Of a stretch of DNA of 64,000 bases, positions 1 to 7,890 are shown one piece after another. Position 1 is the first letter of the stretch. The number at the start of each line of letters is the position of its first letter. A program made the translations under genes and the position numbers. Source of the DNA: Candidatus Bathyarchaeia archaeon (lineage in GTDB: Bacteria; Hydrogenedentota; Hydrogenedentia; Hydrogenedentales; SLHB01); NCBI GenBank assembly GCA_035530195.1, contig DATKVG010000043.1:1375-65374 (forward strand), in the 5' to 3' direction. Below the pieces are notes generated by a model. The model saw only the letters and a program-made list of their open reading frames with translations. It made no database searches and had not been told where the DNA came from.

Positions 1-1
1 A

Positions 2-1057
2 AAGGAATACGCGGGGCGGTTCGATGTGGAGTTCATCGACGTGTGGAAAAACCCGCCGGCCGCAAAAGAGTATGGCATCCGGAGCATTCCGACGCAGGTG
101 TTTTTCGACGCCTCCGGCAAGGAACTGTTCCGGCACGTCGGCTTCTTCGGCAAGGACGAGATTCTCGGCAAATGGAGAGAGTTCGGCGTGCTGCCGGCCG
201 AACAAAAGACAGCGCCGCCCGCCGGGTTCACGCGGTTGGAACCGGCCTCGGCCGATACGCGCGACAAGAACCAAATCTGCTACATGTGCGATGGCGACAT
301 CGCCGCCAAAACGCTTGTGGTGCTGAAGACAGAGAAAGGCGACGTCAATTTCTGCTCGCCCCACTGTTACTTCATCGCGTATTCGAGCATGATGGAATCG
401 AAACCGCCCATCGAGAACGTATCTGTAACCGACTGGAACACGGGCTCGCTGGTTGCGGCCGGCAGCGCCAGGTTCGCGCTCTCGCTGGACCAACACACCC
501 GGCCGGTTGTGAAAGCCTTTGCGGATGAAGCCGCGGCCAAGGCCGAGTGCAGCGCCAATGGCGGCAGCGTGATCGACATGCCGGGCCTGATGGCGAAAGA
601 AATGGAAACCCGCTGCGGTTTCTGCGACCGGGCCGTGTATCCGGCCGATGCCTGCGCCGTAAAAGTCGAGGGGCTCAACACGTGGGGCTGCTGCACCATG
701 TGCGCGTTGGGCGTAGCTGCTCGGCTGCAAAAGGACATTGAAGTAACCGCGAAAGATGCACTCTCAGGCGAGCCCATTCAAGTGAAGACCGCGGGCGGTC
801 ATGTAAGCTCGCTCGAACCGCAATCCGCCGTGGCTTGGGCCGGCACGAAAAAGGATGCGGAAGGAAAGCTCGTTTCGACGGGTTGTTTCAAGCAAGCCTT
901 CTTCGCCCATGAGGCGAATCTCAGGAAATGGGTAGACGTCCATCCAACGGCGACCGGCAGGCTGATTCTTATTGAACAGGCCTTAGTCGAAAAAATGAAA
1001 CTCACGCCTCAGCAAATCAGCAAAGCGTGCAAAATCGGTGAATGCACTCCCAAATGA
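2..1057 (+). CDS. 5'-truncated thioredoxin-fold protein fused to two Cys-rich (TRASH/YHS-like) putative metal-binding modules
   Basis: The frame is open from base 2 (KEYAGRFDVEFIDVW...), so the start lies upstream of the window. It carries the C-terminal half of a Trx fold (YGIRSIPTQVFFDASGKELFRHVGFFGKDEI), paralogous to the Trx domain of the next gene. This is followed by the cysteine clusters CYMCDGD...FCSPHCY and CGFCDRAV...WGCCTMC. Confidence 0.6.
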   Translation, partial: KEYAGRFDVEFIDVWKNPPAAKEYGIRSIPTQVFFDASGKELFRHVGFFGKDEILGKWREFGVLPAEQKTAPPAGFTRLEPASADTRDKNQICYMCDGDIAAKTLVVLKTEKGDVNFCSPHCYFIAYSSMMESKPPIENVSVTDWNTGSLVAAGSARFALSLDQHTRPVVKAFADEAAAKAECSANGGSVIDMPGLMAKEMETRCGFCDRAVYPADACAVKVEGLNTWGCCTMCALGVAARLQKDIEVTAKDALSGEPIQVKTAGGHVSSLEPQSAVAWAGTKKDAEGKLVSTGCFKQAFFAHEANLRKWVDVHPTATGRLILIEQALVEKMKLTPQQISKACKIGECTPK

Positions 1058-1127
1058 GAACACAGATCATGCGCTTGAAACAAATGGTGTTATCGTCGTC
1101 TGGCGTGGCCAGACAGGAGAACTGAGA

Positions 1128-2072
1128 ATGAAATTGCATCGATTGATCTCTGTTGTTTCGGTAATGGCTCTACTAACCGCGTGGACCGCCACGGCGCAAC
1201 CGCCGGCCCCTTCGGATAAGGGAAAATCCCCAACGATGAATGAGACCTATCCGGGTCTCGCGTCCAGCGGTCTATCATTCGCCATGCTCTCTGATCTCCC
1301 GGACGGGGTACTCCTTCGTTCGGGCTCCACGGAGATGACATCAAAGGATCTCAACACCGAGGTCGCTAAAGCACCGGAAACCATGAGGGAAGAGCTTAAG
1401 AAGAACGGGTTTTTCTTGATGGAGCAGATTGCGACCAAGGCACTTGTTCTTGCAGTTGCCAGGCAACAGGCCGCCGAAGCCAATAAAGACATCGCCTCCA
1501 AATCGGAACAGGAAATCCTTGACGATTATGTGCAAGGCATTGTTACACAAGTCGAGGTCACGGAAGATGAGGTAGCCAGATTCTACGAAGAAAACAAAGA
1601 CGCATGTGGCGGGGCCACCTTGGAGCAGGTCAAGGACCAGTTGAAACAGTATGTCGCCAAAGAGAAGCAACAAGACGCGTTTCAGGAACACATACGGACC
1701 CTCGGCCAGCGGATACCAGTCGTCGTTTCCGCGGCGTGGGCTAAAGAACAGGCCGCGTCCGCCAAGGACAATCCCGTAGACAAAGCACGTGGCAGCGGTA
1801 AGCCTTCGATGGTGGATTTTGGGGCGAGCGGCTGCCGTCCCTGTGACATGATGACGCCCATTCTGGCCGACCTCAAGAAGAAGTATGAAGGGAAAGCGAA
1901 CGTTCTTTTCGTCCACGTGCGCGAAGAACAAGTCCTGGCCGTGCGTTACGGGATCCGGTCCATTCCGATTCAAGTGTTTTTCGACAAGGACGGCAAAGAG
2001 ATCTACCGCCATACAGGGTTCTTTCCGCAGGCGGACATAGAAAAGAAGCTGGCGGAACTTGGAGCCGTGTAG
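1128..2072 (+). CDS. Secreted SurA-N/PpiD-like chaperone domain fused to a C-terminal thioredoxin domain (CRPC active site)
   Basis: The ATG at 1128 is preceded by AGGAGA and opens a signal peptide (MKLHRLISVVSVMALLTAWTATAQ). The C-terminus reads MVDFGASGCRPCDMM...YGIRSIPIQVFFDKDGKEIYRHTGF, a thioredoxin fold with a CxxC site. The ORF-track start at 1038 is unlikely because it has no signal peptide or RBS. Confidence 0.8.
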   Translation: MKLHRLISVVSVMALLTAWTATAQPPAPSDKGKSPTMNETYPGLASSGLSFAMLSDLPDGVLLRSGSTEMTSKDLNTEVAKAPETMREELKKNGFFLMEQIATKALVLAVARQQAAEANKDIASKSEQEILDDYVQGIVTQVEVTEDEVARFYEENKDACGGATLEQVKDQLKQYVAKEKQQDAFQEHIRTLGQRIPVVVSAAWAKEQAASAKDNPVDKARGSGKPSMVDFGASGCRPCDMMTPILADLKKKYEGKANVLFVHVREEQVLAVRYGIRSIPIQVFFDKDGKEIYRHTGFFPQADIEKKLAELGAV

Positions 2073-2075
2073 ATA

Positions 2076-2771
2076 ATGGAGCAACTTTTTACCACGTTGA
2101 GCCAGGCGGTTGAAGGCGCGCCCGCGGTGGCGGTTTCGGCGGCGTTTTTGTGGGGCGTGCTGAGCATTTTGCTGAGCCCGTGCCACCTGTCGAGTCTTCC
2201 GCTGATCGTGGGGTTCGTCAACGGTCAGGGAGGGATGACGACGCGGAAGGCGTTTATCACGTCGCTGCTGTTTGCACTGGGCATCCTGGTTACGATTGGC
2301 GCAATCGGCGTGGTAACGGCGGCGGCGGGGCGGATGTGGGGCGATGTGGGCCGGTACGGGAACTATTTGATGGCGGGCCTGTTTTTCCTGGTGGGCCTCC
2401 ACCTGCTCGATGTGATCCCGATGCCGTGGTCGGGTCCCGGGCAGGTGGGTATGAAACGGAAAGGCCTGCTGGCGGCACTGGTACTTGGGCTGGTGTTCGG
2501 CGTGGCGCTGGGCCCGTGCACGTTTGCGTATATGGCGCCGATGCTGGGCGTGACGTTCCGGCTGGCGTCGACAAGTTTCTTTTACGGCGCATTGCTGCTG
2601 GGGGCGTACGGCGTCGGCCACTGCTCGGTGATTGTGGCCGCGGGAACCAGCACGGAACTCGTCCAGAGGTACCTGAACTGGAATGAGAAATCGCGGGGAA
2701 CCGTTGTCGTAAAGAGGGTTTGTGGGCTGCTGGTGATTCTCGGCGGATTGTACATGATATGGACAAGTTGA
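2076..2771 (+). CDS. ccdA: CcdA/DsbD-family thiol:disulfide electron-transfer membrane protein
   Basis: Polytopic membrane protein with the SPCHLSSLPL and LGPCTFAY Cys motifs typical of the DsbD_2/CcdA transmembrane family. It starts 3 nt after the stop of the thioredoxin gene. Confidence 0.8.
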   Translation: MEQLFTTLSQAVEGAPAVAVSAAFLWGVLSILLSPCHLSSLPLIVGFVNGQGGMTTRKAFITSLLFALGILVTIGAIGVVTAAAGRMWGDVGRYGNYLMAGLFFLVGLHLLDVIPMPWSGPGQVGMKRKGLLAALVLGLVFGVALGPCTFAYMAPMLGVTFRLASTSFFYGALLLGAYGVGHCSVIVAAGTSTELVQRYLNWNEKSRGTVVVKRVCGLLVILGGLYMIWTS

Positions 2772-2790
2772 AACGTAGAGGTCATGAACG

Positions 2791-3636
2791 ATGAACAAGA
2801 ATAAAGATGATGAAGCGATTCGGACGGCAGTTCGCGAGGGTTATGCGCAGGTGGCGCGGGGCGGCGGGTCATGTTGCGGGCCGGCGTCGGGGCCGAACAC
2901 ATGCTGCGGAACGAGTCAGGCCGACTTGCTGGCGGAACAGATTGGCTACAGCGAGCAGGAACTGGCGGCGCTGCCGGAAGGTGCGAACCTCGGCCTGTCG
3001 TGCGGCAATCCGACGGCGATTGCGGGCCTGTCGGCGGGCGAGGTGGTGTTGGATCTTGGCAGCGGGGCGGGTTTTGACGTGTTTATCGCGGGTCGGAAAG
3101 TAGGCGCCACCGGGCGCGTGATCGGCGTGGACATGACGCCTGAGATGGTTGCGAAGGCGCGAGAAAACACCGCCGGATACCGGGCCAGGGCCGGGTTGGA
3201 CAATGTCGAGTTCCGGCTCGGCGAGATCGAGCACCTGCCCGTGGCGGACGGTTCGGTGGACGTGATCATCTCGAACTGCGTGATCAATCTGTCGCCGGAC
3301 AAGCCGCAGGTATGGCGGGAGATGTACCGGGTTCTGAAACCGGGCGGGCGCACGGCAATTTCGGACCTGGCGCTGCTGCAACCGCTGCCGGAGGCCGTGC
3401 GTGGGATGGTGGAGGCGCTGGTAGGTTGCGTGGCGGGCGCGGCGCTGGTGAGCGACGTCGAGCGGATGGCACGGGAGGTGGGGTTCAAAGACGTCCGCTT
3501 GGAGCAGAAGACGGGATTCGTGGAAGCCATGGTAGATGCGAATGATCCGCTGTACCGCAAGATCCTCGAGCATCTGCCGGAAGAGGCCAGGCCGGGCGAT
3601 TTCGCCACGAGTCTTTACATCACAGCACACAAATAA
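2791..3636 (+). CDS. arsM: Arsenite S-adenosylmethionine methyltransferase
   Basis: The N-terminus has the Cys pairs GGGSCCGP...NTCCG. It also has the GLSCGNP motif, SAM motif I ([11 protein letters not shown]), [11 protein letters not shown] and VGCVAGA. The conserved ArsM cysteine contexts all appear to be present. Confidence 0.85.
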   Translation: MNKNKDDEAIRTAVREGYAQVARGGGSCCGPASGPNTCCGTSQADLLAEQIGYSEQELAALPEGANLGLSCGNPTAIAGLSAGEVVLDLGSGAGFDVFIAGRKVGATGRVIGVDMTPEMVAKARENTAGYRARAGLDNVEFRLGEIEHLPVADGSVDVIISNCVINLSPDKPQVWREMYRVLKPGGRTAISDLALLQPLPEAVRGMVEALVGCVAGAALVSDVERMAREVGFKDVRLEQKTGFVEAMVDANDPLYRKILEHLPEEARPGDFATSLYITAHK

Positions 3637-3653
3637 AGATGGGAGAGCAGTGC

Positions 3654-4859
3654 ATGGCAGCAGAACGAGCAGCAGTTCAAACGAAAAAGCTGAACGTATT
3701 CGAGAGATACCTGACAATCTGGGTCGGGTTGTGCATCGTGGGCGGGATCGGGCTCGGGCGGATAGCGCCGGATCTGGCGGGTTATCTGGATTCGCTGGCG
3801 ATCCGCGTCAATGGCGCGCCGGTAGTTTCAATACCCATCGCCATCTGCCTTTTCTTTATGATGTATCCCATCATGGTGAAGATCGATTTTGCCAGCGTGA
3901 TAAGAGCCGGCAAACGCGGTACGCCGGTCTTTCTCACTCTTTTCGTCAACTGGTGCATCAAGCCGTTTACCATGTATGGAATCGCCTTGTTCTTTCTTGG
4001 CACGCTGTTCCGTGCATTCATCGGATCTGAAGCAATGGATCTGGTGAAAATGCCTTTTGGCTTGGACCTTCCTGTGGGCGCGGAATATGGCGCTGGAACG
4101 GTCATAATGCACGAGGGAGTGAAGATGCTTCAGGTGCCTCTCTGGCGAAGCTATCTGGCCGGCTGCATCCTGCTGGGTATCGCCCCCTGCACGGCCATGG
4201 TGTTGGTTTGGGGCTATCTGGCTCGAGGCAATGACGGGCTTACGCTGGTAATGGTCGCCATCAACTCGCTGACCATGCTGGTGCTTTACGGCCCCCTGGG
4301 CGGGTTCCTGCTCGGCGTGGGAAAGCTCCCCGTGCCTTGGCAGGCGCTGCTGCTATCTATTGCTATCTATGTAGCGTTACCGCTGGTGGCCGGCTATCTC
4401 AGCCGAAAGTGGATCATCTCCGCCAAGGGTGAGCAATGGTTCAAGGAGAGATTCCTCCACGTCCTGACGCCTATCACCATCATCGCGCTCCTCATCACGC
4501 TGGTGCTACTCTTTTCGTTCAAAGGCGAGGTTATTGTGGGCAATCCGCTGACTATTCTCTGGATTGCCGTACCGCTCTTTATTCAGACCTGCCTTATTTT
4601 CGTAATCGGCTATGCGCTGGCCAAACTCCTTAAGCTCCGCTACGAAGATGCTGCACCTGCCGCCATGATCGGGGCGTCCAACCACTTCGAAGTTGCTATT
4701 GCGACGGCTGTTATGCTGTTCGGACTGTCGTCCGGCGCCGCATTGGCCACCGTCGTCGGCGTTCTCATCGAGGTGCCGGTGATGCTGATGCTGGTGCGGA
4801 TCTGTTTACGGACGCAGCACTGGTTTTCCGCCCGCGAACGTATTCTGGCAACTGAATAA
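3654..4859 (+). CDS. acr3: ACR3-family arsenite efflux permease
   Basis: [19 protein letters not shown]...[16 protein letters not shown]...FVNWCIKPF...[14 protein letters not shown] are ACR3 hallmarks. The ATG at 3654 has GGGAGAG upstream; an alternative ATG lies at 3639. Confidence 0.85.
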   Translation: MAAERAAVQTKKLNVFERYLTIWVGLCIVGGIGLGRIAPDLAGYLDSLAIRVNGAPVVSIPIAICLFFMMYPIMVKIDFASVIRAGKRGTPVFLTLFVNWCIKPFTMYGIALFFLGTLFRAFIGSEAMDLVKMPFGLDLPVGAEYGAGTVIMHEGVKMLQVPLWRSYLAGCILLGIAPCTAMVLVWGYLARGNDGLTLVMVAINSLTMLVLYGPLGGFLLGVGKLPVPWQALLLSIAIYVALPLVAGYLSRKWIISAKGEQWFKERFLHVLTPITIIALLITLVLLFSFKGEVIVGNPLTILWIAVPLFIQTCLIFVIGYALAKLLKLRYEDAAPAAMIGASNHFEVAIATAVMLFGLSSGAALATVVGVLIEVPVMLMLVRICLRTQHWFSARERILATE

Positions 4860-4935
4860 CACCTGGCGGCTATCCTTTTGGAACATTTTGCGGTAGGATG
4901 GGTTTCACCAATCGAGGCAAAAAGAGGAAGCCGCC

Positions 4936-6519
4936 ATGCCATGTTGTTCTCTGTTCAACCCGATGGGCAGGCTCTGCGGGCTCGTTTTTGTCTTTTCCAC
5001 CATGGTGGTTGCACAGGGGCCGGTTGTTGCGCCGTTTGAGGTGACGGACTGGTCGACGTCGGCGGGCAAGATCGATGAACTCGTCCTGGTGCGCCTCGAA
5101 CAGAGCGGCATCAAGCCCGCCAGGCCGTGTTCGGACGAGGTTTTCCTGCGGCGCGTCTACCTCGACATGACCGGTACCCTGCCCCAACCGGCTGAGCTGC
5201 AAGCGTTTATGCGGGACAACCAACCGGGCAAACGCGCCGCACTTATCGAGTTGCTCTTCAAACGCGACGAATTCGCCGAATATTGGGCGCTGAAATGGTG
5301 CGATCTCCTTAGGGTCAAGGCCGAATTCCCAATCAACCTCTGGCCGAACGCCGTCCAGGCGTACCACCGTTGGATCCGCGACGCGCTCCGATCGAACATG
5401 CCTTACGACCAGTTTGTGCGCGAACTGCTGACATCGAGCGGCAGCAACTTTCGGGTGCCGCCGGTCAATTTTTATCGGGCGATCCAGGGCAGGCAGCCGG
5501 GCGAACTGGCGGCGGCCGCCGCGTTGACGTTTATGGGTGCGCGCATCGGCGGATGGCCAAAGGCCGATCAGGACAACCTGGCGCTGTTCTTCTCGAAGGT
5601 TGCATACAAAAGCACCGCCGAGTGGAAAGAAGAGATTGTCTACATGAAGCCGGACGCGGTTGAACCGCTCGACGTCACGTTTCCGGACGGGGTGCAGGTG
5701 GTTGTCGCGCCGGATCAAGACCCGCGGAAGGTGTTTGCGGCGTGGCTTGTCGCGCGGGACAATCCCTGGTTTGCGCGCAACATCGTCAACCGGGTTTGGT
5801 CGTGGCTGATGGGGAGGGGCATCATCCACGAGGCCGACGACATCCGGCCGGACAACCTGGCGTCGAACCCGGAACTGCTCGAGTATCTCGAGCGCGAATT
5901 GCTGAATGCCAATTATGACCTGCGTCACATGTACCGGCTGATTCTGAACTCGAGGACGTACCAGCAGTCGTCGATTCCGCGCACGGACAGCGCCGACGCC
6001 GAACCGCTGTTTGCCTGCTACCCGGTAAGGCGGCTCGACGCGGAAGTCCTGATCGATGCGTTGTGCTGGATTACGGGGACCCGCGAGGGCTATCAGAGCC
6101 CGATCCCCGAGCCGTTCACGTTCATCCCGGACTACCAGCGGTCGGTCGCGCTCGCAGACGGCAGCATCACGAGCCCGTTCCTCGAGATGTTCGGGCGGCC
6201 GCCGCGCGATACGGGGCTCGAATCGGAGCGGCTTAACCAGCCCACCGACGCGCAGCGGCTCCACCTCCTCAACTCGAGCAACATCCAGCGCAGAATTCAA
6301 AACAGTTGGCGGATCAAGAACCTCTTTCGAAGCGCGAACAAGAAACCCGGCGCCGCTATCATAAGGCTTTACGAGACGATCCTTACCCGGAAACCGACCG
6401 ATTCCGAACTCCAGACGGTCAAAGAATATGTGCAGACAGCCGGGCTGCAACCCAAGCAGGCGGCGGAAGACCTCGCCTGGGCCCTGATAAATACCAAGGA
6501 ATTCCTTTATAGGCATTGA
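4936..6519 (+). CDS. DUF1549/DUF1553 (PSD1-type) domain protein with signal peptide
   Basis: FLRRVYLDMTGTLPQPAELQAFMRD...KRAALIELLFKRDEFAEYWALKWCDLLRV matches the DUF1549 pattern. YPVRRLDAEVLIDALCWITG and FGRPPRDTGLESER match the DUF1553 pattern. Confidence 0.8.
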   Translation: MPCCSLFNPMGRLCGLVFVFSTMVVAQGPVVAPFEVTDWSTSAGKIDELVLVRLEQSGIKPARPCSDEVFLRRVYLDMTGTLPQPAELQAFMRDNQPGKRAALIELLFKRDEFAEYWALKWCDLLRVKAEFPINLWPNAVQAYHRWIRDALRSNMPYDQFVRELLTSSGSNFRVPPVNFYRAIQGRQPGELAAAAALTFMGARIGGWPKADQDNLALFFSKVAYKSTAEWKEEIVYMKPDAVEPLDVTFPDGVQVVVAPDQDPRKVFAAWLVARDNPWFARNIVNRVWSWLMGRGIIHEADDIRPDNLASNPELLEYLERELLNANYDLRHMYRLILNSRTYQQSSIPRTDSADAEPLFACYPVRRLDAEVLIDALCWITGTREGYQSPIPEPFTFIPDYQRSVALADGSITSPFLEMFGRPPRDTGLESERLNQPTDAQRLHLLNSSNIQRRIQNSWRIKNLFRSANKKPGAAIIRLYETILTRKPTDSELQTVKEYVQTAGLQPKQAAEDLAWALINTKEFLYRH

Positions 6520-6550
6520 GATCGGACGGATCCGACTGATCGGACGGATA
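6520..6550 (+). repeat. 3.3 x 9-bp tandem repeat GATCSGACK in an intercistronic leader
   Basis: gatcggacg / gatccgact / gatcggacg / gataag, located between the stop at 6519 and the RBS at 6561. Confidence 0.8.
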
Positions 6551-6573
6551 AGAGCAATACGAGGAGGTTGTCG

Positions 6574-7890
6574 ATGGAGCGGGGCGGCTACAGGATCTCG
6601 CGGCGCGATGCGCTGAGACTCGGGTTGGCGTCGGCGGCGGGGCTGATGTGCGCGCCGTCGGTTGCGGCCGCGGCGCAGAAGCCCGCCAAAGCCAAGTCAG
6701 TGATCCAGATCTGGATGTGGGGCGGCCCGTGTCACATCGACACGTTCGACCCCAAGCCCGACGCGGGCCGGGATTTTTGCGGCCCGCTCGACAAGACCAT
6801 TGCGACCAACGTCGACGGCATCGTGATCAACGACCAGCTTCCCATGCTGGCAAAACACGCCGACAAATACGCCATCATCCGCAGCATGACGCATCGTGTC
6901 AACGCCCATGAAACCGCATCGTACATCGTGCAGACGGGCCGGGAGCCCGGGCGGCTGGTCTATCCGAGCGTCGGGGCGGTCGTCTCGCTGTTTAAAGGTT
7001 ACGACGGGGGCTACAAAGGGCTTGTGCCGCCGTACATCGTGCTCACGGAACCGCAGGGTCGGTTTTCCGAGGCGGGTTTCCTCGAGCAGCAGTATAAACC
7101 GTTTGCGACGGGCGGCGACCCGAACAAGAACCCGTTCGTGGTGGAAGGCATCGTCGCCGAGGGTATCTCGGACGAACGCCAGCGTGGCAGGAGAGAGTTT
7201 CTTCACGCGCTCGACACGCTGGGCCGGGCGATGCCCGCCAACTCGAGTTTTCAGGCACTTGACCGGTGCGAGAACAGCGCGTACGGCCTGATGTTCGGCG
7301 AGGCGCGCAAGCTGTTCGACCTCTCGACCGAGAGCCAGGAGACGCGCGAGCAGTATGGCCGCAACACATTCGGCCAGTCCTGCCTGATGGCGCGCCGGCT
7401 CGTCGAGCACGGCGTGCCGTACGTCACGATCAATTACAAGGGCTGGGATACGCACAAGCAGCATTTCGAAACCATGCGGCGGAAACTGCCGGAGATGGAC
7501 AAAGGCATGGCAACGCTGCTCGAAGACCTCGACACGCGGGGTTTGCTCGACTCGACGATCGTGTGGTGGACGGGCGAGTTCGGGAGGACGCCGCGGGTGC
7601 AGTGGGCGCCGCCATGGAACGGCGGCAGGAGCCATTACGGCAACTGTTTTTGCTCGGTGGTGGCCGGGGGCGGGTTCAAAGGCGGCAGGGTGGTTGGTTC
7701 GTCCAACGCCACCGGCGAGGAAGTCGCCGAGCGGCCCGTATACCCGCAGGACCTCATCGCGAGCATGTACGAGCTGCTCGGGATCGACCCGGACGGCCCG
7801 ATGCCGAATTCGCGCGGGTTGGACGTGACGGTCTTGCCGTCTGCCGAAGAAAAAGTCAAAACCGGTGGCCGCCTGACGGAGATCATCTGA
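6574..7890 (+). CDS. DUF1501 (sulfatase-fold) protein with Tat-type signal
   Basis: The ATG at 6574 lies 8 nt after GAGGAGG. RRDALRLGLASAAGLMCAPSVAAAA is a Tat-like signal. IWMWGGPCHIDTFDPKPDAG is the DUF1501 hallmark. Confidence 0.85.
   Translation: MERGGYRISRRDALRLGLASAAGLMCAPSVAAAAQKPAKAKSVIQIWMWGGPCHIDTFDPKPDAGRDFCGPLDKTIATNVDGIVINDQLPMLAKHADKYAIIRSMTHRVNAHETASYIVQTGREPGRLVYPSVGAVVSLFKGYDGGYKGLVPPYIVLTEPQGRFSEAGFLEQQYKPFATGGDPNKNPFVVEGIVAEGISDERQRGRREFLHALDTLGRAMPANSSFQALDRCENSAYGLMFGEARKLFDLSTESQETREQYGRNTFGQSCLMARRLVEHGVPYVTINYKGWDTHKQHFETMRRKLPEMDKGMATLLEDLDTRGLLDSTIVWWTGEFGRTPRVQWAPPWNGGRSHYGNCFCSVVAGGGFKGGRVVGSSNATGEEVAERPVYPQDLIASMYELLGIDPDGPMPNSRGLDVTVLPSAEEKVKTGGRLTEII

Noticed and set aside
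1038-1127. ORF-track start at 1038 for the secreted thioredoxin
   Set aside because: The first 30 codons overlap the upstream gene's end and lack an RBS. The ATG at 1128 has AGGAGA upstream and is followed immediately by a signal peptide.
1341-2798. 485-aa minus-strand ORF spanning the thioredoxin and ccdA genes
   Set aside because: It is antisense to two plus-strand genes with clear family signatures. Its translation is Arg/His/Pro/Gln-rich low complexity, as expected for spurious ORFs in GC-rich DNA.
4870-6516. 548-aa minus-strand ORF
   Set aside because: It is exactly antisense to the DUF1549/DUF1553 gene. The translation is Arg/Pro-rich with no recognisable motif, signal peptide or RBS.
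7266-7889. N-terminal 208-aa extension of the 7266-10211 ORF
   Set aside because: It overlaps the well-supported DUF1501 gene out of frame and is Arg-rich nonsense. The internal ATG at 7890 overlaps the DUF1501 stop and is followed directly by a signal peptide.
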